From Octopus vulgaris (lineage: Eukaryota): DNA of 64,000 bases. Every line of letters starts with the position of its first letter. Position 1 is the first letter of the stretch. A program made the position numbers and the translations under genes. The notes beneath the pieces are model-generated. The model did not search any database. It saw only the letters and a list, made by a program, of their open reading frames with translations, and was not told where the DNA came from. The stretch covers positions 163,432,001-163,496,000 of the forward strand of contig OX597817.1 in NCBI GenBank assembly GCA_951406725.2, read 5' to 3'. Positions 1-13,990 of this stretch are shown piece by piece.

Positions 1-239
1 TGGCCGCCATCCTTAGCGTAGCTAGTTTTGTTTCGTTTTCTGATGCTTATTGGTTCTACTGTGTTGCAGCATCCACTCGGTGATCGGAATAAATAATCAT
101 CTGCCAGAACCGTTTCCATTTATTTTTAATTCGTCAAGGATGTTTTCAATCATCGCTCTTGCACATTTCGGTATTTTGAGCCATTGCCTCGGAAGCAACA
201 GCGTTTGAATTGGTATGTACAAAGATAGTGTAGGTATAT

Positions 240-900
240 ACAGACCACGTTAACGTGATCGTATCTACTTATTTGTACTTGTGACAGTGTTCACCCAGGG
301 CGGGTTGAGCCGGCTTCTTCTCTGGTCCTAACGGCATCACGAACCATGGCGGCCCATGCTCGACGGTCCTGTGCGAGGTCACTGGAGATAGCAAACCATT
401 CGCGGTTCCATCTGCGCAGACCGGCCAGACTGAGAGTTCGGGGAGGTCCTCCTTTATCGTCGTTGCCCAGGTCTTCAGCTGCCCGCCCGTGCGTTTGCGA
501 ATTATCTACCTATGCAACCAATTAACAACCCTCAAACTGCTATGGCTCTTCAAACTACTCCTGGAGCAGTTCCGCTCTTTAAACGTAGGACAGAACTGAA
601 GGTAGCGTGCTGGAACGTCAGAGCCCTTCGCAATAACGGTGTCCAGGCGCTAACAATGAAGGTTTTGCACAAGTACTGCGTGAATGTTGCTTGCCTTTCA
701 GAGGTTCGACTCGCTGATGTTGGTCATCTACCTATTAAGGTGCCGGGCGAGGATGTCAGATATCACCTGTATTATGGTGACGTGACCGCTGTGGAGCTCA
801 GCCCTGACGCGCAAGCGGCTCTGCTAGTGTGGCAACCGATCTCACGCCGACTCGCGCTGGTTCGATTTGATCGTATCGGACACTATGAAAATCGGGAAAG
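240..900 (+). mobile_element. 5' remnant of an RTE-clade LINE (GC-rich UTR plus AP-endonuclease N-terminus, internally deleted)
   Basis: ORF 512-913 has LKVACWNVRAL...KYCVNVACLSEVRL and WQPISRRLALVRF, typical APE/EEP motifs (WNVR, LSE, P.S.RL) of RTE elements; truncated, no RT domain. Confidence 0.75.
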
Positions 901-1149
901 GAATACAAGATAGTATTAAGAGCAAATAGTAACTGGTACAAGTCGATGAGGATGCGAGTCTATGTCAACCAGTATCGACAGGAGCATAAACAAGAATAAA
1001 AAGTGTGCAAAATCATTCTTATGTACAGATAGAAAAGTGGCTGAAATGTGTATGGGTGTTATTTGGTACCTCAAAAAAGGGAAACGGAACGGGTCAGTAG
1101 AAGCCTTGTTTTGAAATAAGGAAGAACGAAAGAGACATTTCGTTAATCC

Positions 1150-1600
1150 ACGTATCTCGGCAGAATCTAATCTGCTTTCTACCTATTTAGGTCGACATTG
1201 TATCAATGTGTCGATTTATAACATGATACCAAACTAGTATCTGTGGAGGTTTTAGTGGTGATTGTTGGAAAAACACAGTGTGATAGTAGACTTCCGAGTT
1301 TCCTCTCACAGGAAATGCTGTAGGACTTGGTTGGAGATTCAAGTGCTAATCACATCCGAGGAGTTAAATTTTCAAAGCAGTTTGATATTGAAGGCATACA
1401 AAATATGATGGTAGTTGTGGAAGACAGAAGACCAAAGTACCTTACATGTGGTCAAAATAACTATTACTGGCCATTTCTGTTCAACATTAAAAATGAAAGC
1501 TACACTGTTAAATACAAAAGCATTGATAAAAACAAACTGCAAAAATCAAAATCACTTCTTCTCCTGCAATCCTCTTAGAAGGATACCATTCCTTGAACGA
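1150..1600 (+). mobile_element. Possible decayed non-LTR ORF1-like remnant
   Basis: VVVEDRRPKYLTCGQ resembles the VxVEGRxPxCxxCG lead-in to a gag-like zinc knuckle; heavily degenerate. Confidence 0.25.
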
Positions 1601-2019
1601 AAAAAAAAAATTTAATTAATTCCCATGGACAACCTGTGGACTTTGACTTCACCAGATACTTTGTTTAGCGACGAAGCTGAATCAGAGAATTAACACGGTA
1701 GATGGCCGGTTGGAAGATGAAGTAGAGCAGAAACCGGTTTGTAGATAAGTGTGAAGAGGGTTTGTAGATCTGTGTTATGGTTGACGGCCTATGTCCGGCG
1801 GATTGTGTCATACACAACTAGAGTCAATTTCCACAATCCTTTTGAAGCGAGGAAGATGCGGTAGTCTTGTTGTGTACGAGTTGAAGCGAATTATTTAGAA
1901 GAGTAGGGTACTCAAAAGTAAATATTATTTGAGACATCATTTACTAGAGTACAGGTGTACCTTTTCAGGCATGGTCAGAGAACCTTCTTATTTTTGCCTT
2001 CCATATGTGTATGTCTGTC

Positions 2020-2076
<57 letters not shown>

Positions 2077-3274
2077 TGCTTCTGATTTAGGCATAGGTAG
2101 ATTAGTTTTGAGGCAAATGGGTTAGCCGATTGCACCGACGTCAGCACTTGACTGGCTCCTTGTTTTTATCGACAAATTGGATGAAAGGCAAAGTTCATCA
2201 CGGCGGGATTTGAGATCGGAATATGAAGAGCCAGAAGTACGGATTTATTTATAACTACACTCGTTTATGAAGTAGAACAATGCAAAGACATAAATCATGC
2301 AGTAACTAGACAAATGTTAACACGATAAATTAGAAAATAATAGTTTGTAAAAAGCAATTGTAAACGTTGTTTGTTTGCTTCATGTTGTAATAGAATCACT
2401 TGAAATTCTTTTTCGATATTTCTATTGCTAACCATTAATAAGAAAAAATACTAACAAAAGACTTTCTAGAACTCTTATGTTGCCATCGTACGCAATGATT
2501 TGGTTTGATAATTCATTTGGCAGACATTTATATGAATGACTGAAATTTATAGTTTCTAAACAAAAATGACTGGACATTTAATAACTACAAATCGTTAGTT
2601 TTAACTGTATTATGTTTAGTCTAAATTACTAATAAAACTCTATTTCTTTCTGAAATACGCTACTCAACCCCAATAGGTCTTTGACAATAGCTCTTATGAA
2701 TATTTATATATTGATATCAACGCGATAAACGGAATCTAAATATTTTATTACTGTTATTCAGTTAGCGAAAGTTAGGAATTCGGAAAAGCAATATTTTTTT
2801 TCTGTTTTTGTAATGTATTTCCCACCAACAAAATATACAAAGACTTTGTTTTTGGTGTTGACCTTGTGTAACGCCGTCCAACTAATTATCAACAATGACT
2901 GTTTTTGCTTTTTAACTGCATTCATCGTCAGAAACATTTTCTGCTTCATCTCTCACCAAAACAATCAATATATATCCCTTATATCTCCAGCCAATGAGAG
3001 CTTAACGCGATCTCTCTACACGTTATAAATAGCAACAAAACACTGTTAAATCCCTCCACATTGTCTTAAAAACAAGATAGGATATATAGGAAAATGTAGA
3101 CCTAGTTATTTAGAGAATGACACAATGGTTACAAATAGCTGAAATGTTTTGGGTCTTAAGTCTGATCAGGGTTGACCCGGAGCTAACAACAATAAGCTGT
3201 CTTTTGTCATCTCTATTCACAATATTGTAGTTTCAGTGGCTTTATTTATATATCTATTTATTCACCTCGCTACA

Positions 3275-3660
3275 TCTTTATATATAAAAGTGAAGTTGTG
3301 TGTCTGTCTCCTACGATTTAGATTCCTAACTACTCCCACATTTTGCGGTGCAGTTTAACCAAAACCGGGTATCTTATAGTCGTGATTCATATCGAGCCCT
3401 TCTGGGTATTAGCGCGCGTCTACAATGAGTCTACGATTTAAAAAAAAAATTACCATCATTTTTTTCCATTTTAATGCATTTTTTCGCTATTATATAAGGG
3501 AAGTAACTCTCTAAAAATGTCTACGATGAGTCAACGATTTAAAAAAAAATTACCATCATTTTTTTCCCATATTTTTGCTATTTTTTGGCTATAACTCTCT
3601 AAAAATGCTTATATAGTTATTTCCCTTACAAACCCGAACAACGCCGGGCGATACTGCTAG
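3275..3660 (+). mobile_element. Non-autonomous Helitron
   Basis: Inserted between A and T with no TSD; starts TCTTTATATATAAAA and ends with GC-rich CCCGAACAACGCCGGG hairpin then CTAG; carries an internal ~100-bp duplication (3418-3515 vs 3519-3610). Confidence 0.8.
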
Positions 3661-3729
3661 TATAAATATAAGACAGCAACACCATAGCAAAATACGTATG
3701 TTATTACATCAGCCTTATGATATGGATAA

Positions 3730-3940
3730 GAGTAATCCCTCGCCATATCACGGTTCACCTATCGCGGTTTGTTATTTAAGCTTACTCGATCACTCTGTGG
3801 CGTTGTTTTGCATTAATAATAAAATAAATATATGCAAATTATAAAAATAATAAAATAAATATACAGTACAGTACTGTTTCTACTTCGCGGAGTTTCATCT
3901 ATCGCGGGGGATTTTGGAACGTAACACCCGCGATAGTCGA
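3730..3940. mobile_element. Tigger/pogo-type MITE remnant
   Basis: AGTAATCCCTCGCCATATCACGG end, repeated TATCGCGG motifs and the inverted CCGCGATAG at the other end, AT-rich core. Confidence 0.5.
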
Positions 3941-4446
3941 CACACACACACACTTACATATATAAACTAGTTCTTTTTGGGGAATATCTCAAAGCACACA
4001 TAGATGGTAGGGTGTCATTTGAGGAAGATTTGACTGTTAGTTCTAATCCTTATAAGGTTTTTCAGCCTTTTATAGAGACTGGATATTTAGAATATATTAA
4101 CACGTTCCTACCATTTTTTAGGATAGCATTCTCTGAATTGAGGGAATGTTGGGCACTATATCTATTAGGTCGAGCGATTGCAGAGCGGCTATCCTCATAA
4201 AACAATTGTCATTGTTATTGTTTTTGTTATTATTTAGCCCGAGGCAAATCATAATCGATGAACGGCGTGTTGGTCCAGCCGTGACTATCACGTTGTTTTC
4301 CTATGTTCAGGTGTATCAGGGCTACATTGTCCAATGTTTCTTTTTCTAAGACTACACGTTGTGATATGAGGGAATTTGACTGCAATTTTCAGCAAGTAAA
4401 GCGACTACGAACGCCCATAACATTAGGAATCGCTGTATTATTTACA

Positions 4447-4610
4447 GGTGGTGTCAGGTGATGCTGAATGATGTTAGATGGTGGTAGGCGGTTCTGGGTT
4501 GTGTTAGGTGGTGTCAGGTGATGCTGGATGATGTTAGATGGTGGTAGGCGTTTCTGGGTTGTGTTAATGGTTCTGGTCGGTGCTAGGTTTGTTAGGTAGA
4601 GCTGGGTTGC
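4447..4610. repeat. 60-bp G/T-rich tandem minisatellite (2 full copies plus decayed remainder)
   Basis: GGTGGTGTCAGGTGATGCTG(A/G)ATGATGTTAGATGGTGGTAGGCG(G/T)TTCTGGGTTGTGTTA at 4447 and 4507. Confidence 0.85.
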
Positions 4611-4819
4611 AGAATATATTTATTGAAACCCACCCAATCGACATGATCATGAAATAACTAAATCTACTTTGATCGTTCTTGTCGGTAGAAAACACGCACT
4701 GACATGTTTTTATTAATTTCTCTCCTACGATAGTGAAAACATTAATATAATCGCTTTATATATCAAAGAACACGCACACCCACGTGCATACACATACACA
4801 CAGACGCAAACATAGACAC

Positions 4820-4878
<59 letters not shown>

Positions 4879-4943
4879 CATCTATCCATCCATCCATCCA
4901 TCCATCCATCCATCCATCTATCCATCCATCCATCTATCTATCC

Positions 4944-4993
<50 letters not shown>

Positions 4994-5021
4994 ATCTATC
5001 CATCCATCCATCCATCCATCC

Positions 5022-5102
<81 letters not shown>

Positions 5103-5128
5103 CATGTTTGTTTGTCTGTCTGTCTGTC
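4820..5128. repeat. Compound (TCTA)n/(TCCA)n microsatellite
   Basis: Visible directly; it explains ORF 4784-5173. Confidence 0.95.
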
Positions 5129-6018
5129 ATAATCTGTGGGCTTCCTTTTGTGTGTACTTGCCTCTGTATATAAATATGCACGTACACGAACATATTTAAA
5201 TACACACATATACATATATATTTGCCAAAATATTTGGCGGAATGTCACCAAGAGAAATGGAGTGGTTACATAATAATACGAATTTTGTTATGAGCTCGTA
5301 TTTGGAATTAACCACGCTATTGAAACGTATGTAAAGCTATTTGGATCTAGTCATTCGTTTTTCTTTATCAAATGATACCCTGCGTAAACGTACCAATTGT
5401 ACCTTTGATACATTCGCGGATTAGCAGGATATCTGGGAACAATGGACAACTGATTAACTCAGTATAGACTGTTGAACTGACCAGCTGAATTACATGGAAT
5501 GCCTTTTTTTTTTTCTGTTTAGCTAAAGATACGCGGAGATGCTTCTAAATTTGTTTGGGTTTTTGTTTTTTTTCTTCCAATTTTTTAATCTGTGGATGAC
5601 TTAGAGTAAAATTTAATATTGTGTATTAAAACATTGCACTTGTAGACAACATTCTCCTCACATAAAAATTCTGTTTCCCACACAAAAGCACCCGTGCCAA
5701 GTCACTTACCGAATATATACGTGATTTAAAATAAAAACGTATAAATTATAATGGTCGATACTATGTACAACTGATACCTATAAAGGGGAATGACTTAGCA
5801 GCCGGTTATTTTTAAATGAAGCACTGGAAATCCTTATGGCTGGCAACGGCGTTCTTAATAACAGAAAAGATATAATTATAGACTGTTTACACAGAAAGTT
5901 CAAGACATTCAAATTCTATGAGAAAGGAAATAAGGACGACACTAATGATATCATCAACATATCCTTTGTGTATCTATGTCTGTATATCAGTATACTGTAA
6001 TAATTGAGTATGCATGCC

Positions 6019-6082
<64 letters not shown>

Positions 6083-6084
6083 AT

Positions 6085-6288
6085 ATATAGTTAATCCCAA
6101 CATGAACAAAGAGAAAACACAACAATGCGAGGACGTGGAACAAGTATAGTGTTATTTGACACCCAGGAAAGGAAAGAAAGAAGGGGGATTTAACGTTTCG
6201 AGTGGAGCTCTTCGTCAGAAACATAGAAAAATGAAAGGTCCAAGGAAGGGAAGACGGAGAAAGAAGATCGTCAACGATACACACGCGG

Positions 6289-6290
<2 letters not shown>
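6085..6290 (-). mobile_element. Penelope-like terminal-repeat remnant with a minimal hammerhead-like motif, in a (TA)n tract
   Basis: Minus strand 6222-6188: GTTT CTGACGA A GAG CTCCA CTC GAAA CGTT AAAT. A homologous copy lies at about 63620-63800 on the plus strand. Confidence 0.6.
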
Positions 6291-6337
<47 letters not shown>

Positions 6338-7122
6338 CATACATATAAACCACGGTGGTTTAGCCATCAAAGGTAGCTGCGGTGATCACCAATCTATAGA
6401 TTTTGCATTGGAGAGAATTCCTACGTGAATTGCCTTACAGAACTGAAGAGCTTCACCTACCCTGGAGTTGCTAGAAGGTGTCAAAGTTCGCGTCGGACCA
6501 CCTTGGTGATACCATTTCTTGATTTGCTGTCGAGGTTGTCTCCCCTAGCCATTCCCTCCCCCAAGGTACTAACAATGCAGTGAGGGTTTGTGATTGAAGT
6601 TTCTTCCATAACATGCTAATTAACTCGTAGCTGCGACTCAGGCAATTGCTATTGCACCAAGTCAGAGTAGACCTGAGAAGAGCAGTGGTGGATAAGAGGT
6701 AGTTTCACATCCAAAAGGCTTAGAACTCCCAAGCCAGGAACCCACTACCGGATCCAGTTTTAAATCGTACCAGGAATAGAATAACAAGATCTATTGACGA
6801 AATAAGTGCAGTGAAAAAATTATCATATAAAAAAGGTAGACTGTAACTTCAAGTTCCACTTGGAAAGAAGCTTGTTCTGACTGTTTGTACAATCATCGAG
6901 ACACAATCGATGCCTTATATGTACGTACGTACGTACGTACGTGCGAACATACATACATACATACGTCCGTAAGCACGTACGTACATGCAGATTTATATAC
7001 ATACACACATATATACACATATATATATAATCAGCCTCATATATGTATATATATATATCTGTGTGTGTGTGTGTGTATGAGAGGTTGATTATATATATGT
7101 ATATATATATATATATAGTCAT

Positions 7123-7171
<49 letters not shown>

Positions 7172-8044
7172 TACACACACATATATATATTCTAGAGTCT
7201 CTAATTTATATAGCATTTATGTAAGGCAACTCAATGAATGAGACCGCCCCGAGTTGCCACTATGAAACAAATTACAATGAATTGTTTTAATGGTGTGTTT
7301 CTGACAGCATCTCTCATTGAGCTATTTGTACCAGATTCCTTCTGATTCTAAGCCAGCAACAGAGACAGATGCATTTAATTGTATTTACGATGTGGAAGGA
7401 AAACAAACGAGGCCAGGTTTGCATTTTATGACTTCTTTTGAACTTCTTATAGATAATTCAGTTAAAAGCGGAGAAAACAATAACCTTGACTTTTACAGAT
7501 GAACAGAAGGTTTTTCCTAAATATCAAAGACCATCTGTTTTAACCATTAAATTGAAAATACAAAATGTATACACGAATAATGTATAGTTGCACGAAGAGT
7601 GGCAAGTATAGAAATTTATAGGAAGAAGAAATCCATATATTTACAAATAAGGAGTATTTTATGCAGCATTCCAATTAAACTTTCAGCAAATTCAAACTCG
7701 TTTCCTAATACCGTCATAAAACAAATCTCATGTAAAATTTACAACATTTGCTGTCATTTGATAGTCTGCAGCCTCTCTACTCAGCTGATGATATTCATAT
7801 TGCGACCAATAATTATTGATTTCTGACAGAAGTTCATGGCCAATTTTCTGTCGATTCTTCTGTGGTCGATGAAATTTACCTCTGTAACATTACTGATGCA
7901 TATTCTAATTTTGGCACAAAGACAGCAATTTTGAGGGTAGGGAAAACTCCAAGGTTCAGCTGGTACTTATTTTATCGACCTCGAAAGTATCAAAGACAAA
8001 GGTTAGGATGTTTATATTTATATATCATGCTAATGAAAATACCG

Positions 8045-8256
<212 letters not shown>

Positions 8257-8822
8257 GAGAATATGATTTCAAACTTACAGGGAAAAATTCAATTTAGTAA
8301 AACTAAATCAAATTTCAGAATATATAATATATGTATATAAATTAGAGAAGAACCACCATGTAGCAATTCAACAATGAAATAACAATGATATAATTAAATC
8401 ATACCATATAGAAAAACATTAAATATATGATAAAATATATACCTATAATTAAGTAAAGTACAAAATAATAAACAAATAGTATATATATATATATTTGACA
8501 AATGTTAGTTGGAGTATACATCCCTATAACTCTTCGACTATATATATGTGTTAAAATAAGGTTACTATTAGTTTAAGAATAACAACGGAACATTTACGTG
8601 GTATACATAACTCTTTCTGTTTAAGGCACAAACCCAGCAATTTTGAGAGAAGGAGGCTAGTCGATACCTTCAATCACTACTTTATTTGTACAATACTTTA
8701 TGGACCCCGGTGGGGCTCAAAGACATAGTCGATCTTGGCAGGATTTGAACTCAGAACGTTAAATCCAGAATTCACCTCATGTAGTTAATATATTACAAAT
8801 GTTCATGGTGATCATAATTTCT

Positions 8823-9054
8823 TATTTCTCTATTGCCCACAAGGGGCTAAACATAGAGGAGACAAACAAGGTCAGACAAACGGATTAAGTCGATTATATC
8901 GACCCCAGTGCGTAACTGCTACTTAATTTATCGACCCCGAAGGATGAAAGGCAAAGTCGACCTCGCCGGAATTTGAACTCATAACATAGCGGCAGACAAA
9001 TATCGCTAAGCATTCCGCCCGGTGTGCTAACGTTTCTGCCAGCTCGCCACCTTA
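8823..9054 (-). mobile_element. tRNA-headed SINE, family A (octopus OK-like; name tentative)
   Basis: Head GGTGGCGAGCTGGCAGAAACGTTAGC, B-box GAGTTCAAATTCC, core GTCGACTTTGCCTTTCATCCTTCGGGGTCGATAAATTAAGTA, tail ...GAAATAA; flanked by the direct repeat ATAATTTCTTA. Confidence 0.85.
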
Positions 9055-9459
9055 AGATAATAATTTCTTACCGCTCCTAAGCGAGCAATCGCGCACGCGT
9101 CATACCAATAACTGACCAATTCATCCTCACACATGTCACAAGAATGGCAAATAATACTTACAAAGACTATTATTATTCAATCCAAAATTAATAGAATACG
9201 TACTTTGATTTCGATACAAAAAACTGTGAAAAAAATACTTCGTACTTGGCAAAATTTTGACAAGTCAAAGCGTCATAAATGGATACGAGAGAAATATATC
9301 AAACTTCATTTATCACGGGTGTTGGGTTAAAGTCCGTGTTAAACGAACCAATGGTAAATGAATAACAGAACATATTGGAAAAATAAATTTTGTCTAGAGA
9401 GCCCTGGTCGTCCCCCGAACTTCCGCTTCAAACAATTTTAGAACACATATACTGATATG

Positions 9460-9840
9460 TTTTATTAGTTTCAGCCATTAGACTGCGCCCATGTTGGGGC
9501 ACCGCCTTGAAGAGTTTTAGTCGAACTAATCGATCCAAATGCTTATAATTTTTAAAGCCCGGCACTTATTGTAACGAGCTCTTTTTCTGAACTGCTAAGT
9601 TACAGGGATGTAAACAAACACTGGTCGTCATACGGTGATGGAGGACAAACACATACGCACCCCCCACACACACACACACGCATCGCGCGCACACACACAC
9701 ACGTATATATACGACGGGCATCTTTCAGTTTCTGTCTACGAAACCCACTCACAATGTTTCGGTCTGCTCGAGGCTATAATAGAAGACCAATGTGTTTGAG
9801 AAGTAAACTTCTTACAACATAGCAACGCTTGTCCCTATGG
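9460..9840 (-). mobile_element. SINE family B (internal microsatellite), diverged copy
   Basis: Shares blocks with the copies at 28635-29085 and 44700-45105. Confidence 0.7.
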
Positions 9841-10228
9841 TCACGCAGGGGCCTAGAGTGTAATTCAATAATATATCAGTAAATAATTTTTAAAATATGA
9901 CTGAAACAAATCACAAAAAGTATCATAACAAACAGAACCTTTCACTTATTGCCGTCCCGTGTTATTACGGATCAATTTATGATAAGCGTAACATGGTTCA
10001 CAGTTGAGCGCACCGTGTTATCCTGGATCAGTGACAGATAACTCAGTGATAAACTAGGATAGATGTAATTGCCTCTTCTATGTGCATGATACAGTCTTTA
10101 TATAACACGACACAATACGATTATCGCACAAAAATTGGTTAACTCGATCAGTTAACTCTGATCTGAAAGTAATAACACACTAACTTAGGATGATAAATTC
10201 CCAAAACCAACAAATAAAGAAAGCATAA

Positions 10229-11750
10229 TCTATTATATAAAATCCGTTCTATCTGTGTGTGTGTGTATGTCTTCTAGGATCTCGGGCATCCTCCATCCGA
10301 TTACGCTCAAAATTGATATGTAGATACCGACGGTATCAGGGCGTGTATAAGTCTTGAAAAAATTACAAAAATCGATTCCAGGTAAGAATGCGATCGATAA
10401 AGCATTCTTTGGAATAGAAAAAAGTCTATCTTTATTTCTTCTTTTGCTGGTGTCTCAAATTTAGGTTAAATCAGTGTTTTTCAAAAGGGAGGCCTATGGG
10501 ACGGTCGGACAAGTTGTTTTGAGAAGATTTGGTTTAAATGTGTGACAACTCAGCACCGTCCATTGGACGGGGGGCGTTTTGCTCGTAAAGATATAAAAGA
10601 ATTATCACGAAGACAGACAAAATATCTGCAAATTGTCCCAACGAAGTAAATAAGTAACCAAAAAGCTGCGAAACCAAGCACTAAGACATCCATTTAATAC
10701 TGAACAACACAACTGAACTAGATTAACACAAAATGTAGAATAAAAGCGAATGTGAGGAAGATGTATGAATAGGAAATTTTTAAACATGGAAATCAAGATT
10801 ATGATAATCTAAAAATGGAAATAATGGAAGAATTATAATTAACAGATCTTCATGTAAGACCAACGAATAAAACAGCAAAAGAAAAAAGAAAACGAAGACG
10901 CCAACTTAGGGTTCGTGAACTTGAAAACAAATGATCAAAAATACCATCGGGTTAAATGAAATGATATAAGCAGCAGCAACGATATTTATGAAGAAAGTGA
11001 GTGCTTTTTTCGGATTTACTAAAATAGAATTATGAATATCCAAGCAAACAACATGGAAAATAATAATGACAATAAGAGAAATATAAAAAAAAAAAAATTA
11101 AAAGAAACGATCTGTCGATTATTAATGAAATCAATAACTAGAAGACACGATTGAAGAAAAGGAGGGAAAAATATTACTGAAATATAACAAAAATTATAAA
11201 AAAAGAGAAGAATAAAGAATTCCTTGGAATCAAAGAACGCTCGTAACAAGAGACCTTCTCAGAATCACTAAGATTTTATTGGTATGAATAGTGACAACGA
11301 TTCTTTGAATAGACCAAACACATCGACTCCAGCATAAAACGATTATCAAGAACTTGGTAATAAAAAGCAAATAAAATACAAATCAATGCAGTACCAACAG
11401 CAAGAAATGTAGAAGAATTGTGACAGTGGGTGGGTGTGTAATTTTTTTAAAAAAATATCACAATTGGCGCGATTGTTTAAAACAATGAAATATAATGCTG
11501 GCACGGTTTTGGAAGCCGCTATCAATACAAGAAGTTACTCAGACGTCATAAAAGCACAACAACTTATAAGATACTATGGATTAAGATCTGAAATAATTCA
11601 GCTCAAATATTTCAAAAGGACATATAAGGGTGCTAACAAGGGTGTTTAATAAAGTGCTAAAATACTTGAAGACAACACTCAATTTGCACACGTCCGGAAA
11701 ACCATTTGAATCCCAAATTTAAAGAAACAATAAACACTAAAGGCTTTGAC
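10229..11750 (+). mobile_element. Helitron-like element, 5' end plus decayed A-rich interior
   Basis: Starts A|TCTATTATATAAAATCCGTTCTATCTGTGTGTG, a Helitron-style 5' end followed by a short microsatellite. No 3' CTAG/hairpin identified, so the right boundary is approximate. Confidence 0.45.
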
Positions 11751-11789
11751 TTCCTATAACTTACAAAAATTTGACTGCTATGATATTGA

Positions 11790-12320
11790 TTTCAAATTTT
11801 GGCACAAGGCCAGCAATTTTGAGGAGGGGTTAAGACGATTACATCGATCCCGGTGCTCAACTGGTACTTATTTTATCGATCCCGAAAGGATGAAAGGTAA
11901 AGTCGGCCTCGGTGGAATTTAAACTCAAAACCCGACGACAAATGAAATGCTGTTAAGCATTGTGTCCGGCTTGCTAACGATTCTGTCAGTTCACCGCATT
12001 GGCGTAAAGATAGATGAAATACCTATTTCTTTATTACCCACAAGGGGCTACAGACAGAGGGGACAAACAAGGACAGACAAAGGTATTAAATCGATTACAT
12101 CGACCCCAGTGCGTAACTGGTACTTAATTTATCGACCCCGAAAGGATGAAAGGCAAAGTCGACCTCGACGGAATTTGAATTCAGAACGTAGCGGCAGACG
12201 AATTGCCGCTAAGCATTTCGTCCGGCGTGCTAGCCATTCTGCCAGTTTGCCGCCTTAAAGATAGATGAAATACCACTAATCATTTCGTCAAACATGCTAA
12301 AGATTCTGCCAGCTCCACTC
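11790..12320 (-). mobile_element. Tandem/nested family A SINEs
   Basis: Two family A cores (11850-11930, 12100-12190); AAAGATAGATGAAATACC is duplicated around the younger copy. Confidence 0.8.
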
Positions 12321-12989
12321 TCTTGCAAGGGCTATAATATTGCAGATGACAAACATACATACAGAGAAAAAGGTAAACCTGTTTCTAGAAGAGCTGGAGG
12401 GTACTGCATAAGTATATGTGATAGTAAAGGTTAATTACTGATCAAAATGTTATAGCCGTAGAATACATAAAAAGAAAGAAGGATTTCAGAATGATATAGT
12501 TTGACAACAAGGAAGCTCTTGATAGTGTTCCTCAGAAATGTGATCCCTGGAGACACTATCCGTAACGTAGCGAAAAGTATCTTTAGGAGAAATGTAGACA
12601 TATCCAAGCATGTGGAAAAATAATTAGCTAGAATGTTGGGAACACCATACGTAATAGCTACCTTGGTGATGATTAAGAATGCTGGAACTATAATAATAAC
12701 TGCCTTGGGTATGATTAAGAATGAAGCAGACAAATTACAATCCCAAATCCACGAGATTTACAAATAAGCAAAACATACATTGAAAATAGCATTACCAAGC
12801 ACTGCACATGTTTATTATGTAGGGTACTGAAAATATTCTACATTTTCCTGGCTCTGCTAGTTTCATTGTATTTTAATTACAATGGAAATACAAAACCCAA
12901 ATAAAACATTGCACCTATCCAAGGTATACAGTTAAGTAGGTTAGTGCAGTGAAAGCTTGAAATAAAAATATAACTCTAAGAACAAGCAT

Positions 12990-13716
12990 TAAGGACTACC
13001 TATGTGATGTGCAGAATCGACAACACTTCTGACAGCGGCAAATGCAGATTGTGTGGTGAGAAGGGTGAAACGGTATGGCACATCGCTAACGAATGCCCAA
13101 AATTGGCACAATGCGATACAAAAGACGCCATTGCAATGATTCAGGAATGATCCATTGGGAGCTCTGTGGAAATCAAGGACTCCAAAAAGCAAATACGTGG
13201 TATGAGCAAACCCCAGAAAGAGTCACCGAGAATGAAAATTGCAAAATCCTGTGGGATGCAATAATTCAGTGCCGTCACTTGACCAGACATCGGAAACCGG
13301 ACATTGTTGTGGTGAAGAAAAAAAAGGGAGAAAGAACATGCATGATAATTGACATAACATGTCCCGGTGACAAAAGAATCAAAGAGAAAGAAGACAAACT
13401 GAACAACTACGACGGTTTGAAGTGGGAAATACGAAGGTTGTGGTCAATAAGGAGAGTAGACGTGATGCCAATAGCAATTGGCGCACTTGAAGTATCTCAA
13501 CTGCCAACATGGTTCAAAACGATTGGTGCAAGTGTGAAGGTAGAACACCTACAAAAATCAGCATTACTTGGAACTGCAAGAATTCTTCGCAGGGTTCTTG
13601 AAGAATGACCAATAAACAAGTGAAACCTTAGTCTGCTGGCTGTGGACAGCTGACACTTTCCATCATACTCAGCAAAATAAGCTGTGAGTTTTCGTCACAT
13701 AATAATAATAATAATG

Positions 13717-13781
<65 letters not shown>
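12990..13781 (+). mobile_element. 5'-truncated R4/Dong-like RLE non-LTR retrotransposon (zinc knuckle, restriction-like endonuclease, 3' UTR, (AAT)n tail)
   Basis: CRLCGEKGETVWHIANEC (CCHC), a frameshift, then YKRRH...RKPDIVVV...IIDITCP...KLNNY...IAIGAL...LQKSALLGTARILRRVL; (AAT)n tail at 13699-13781. Confidence 0.9.
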
Positions 13782-13782
<1 letters not shown>

Positions 13783-13990
13783 GTTTCAAATTTTGCCATA
13801 AGGCCAGCAATTTCGGAGAGGAGATGAGTCGAATACATCGACCCCAGCACTTAACTGGTACTTATTTTATCGACCCAGAAAGAATTAAAGGCAAGGTCAA
13901 CCTCGGCGGAATTTGAACTCAGAACATGGATGGAATGCCGCTAAACATTTTGCCTGGCATGCTAACGATTCTGCCAGTCCGCCGCCATCA
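13782..13990 (-). mobile_element. Family A SINE variant embedded in (AAT)n
   Basis: Family A core and B-box with the alternative tail TTTCAAATTTTGCCATAAGGCCAGCAATTT. Confidence 0.75.

Noticed and set aside
290-480. Possible HDV-like ribozyme in the RTE 5' UTR
   Set aside because: Some RTE elements carry one, but I could not assign a P1-P4 nested pseudoknot by eye; it needs a descriptor search.
5351-5381. Candidate USP exon 2 (minus strand CAG|GGTAT would give the expected W-Y)
   Set aside because: Reads WYHLIKKNE then stop, with a weak acceptor and no USP similarity.
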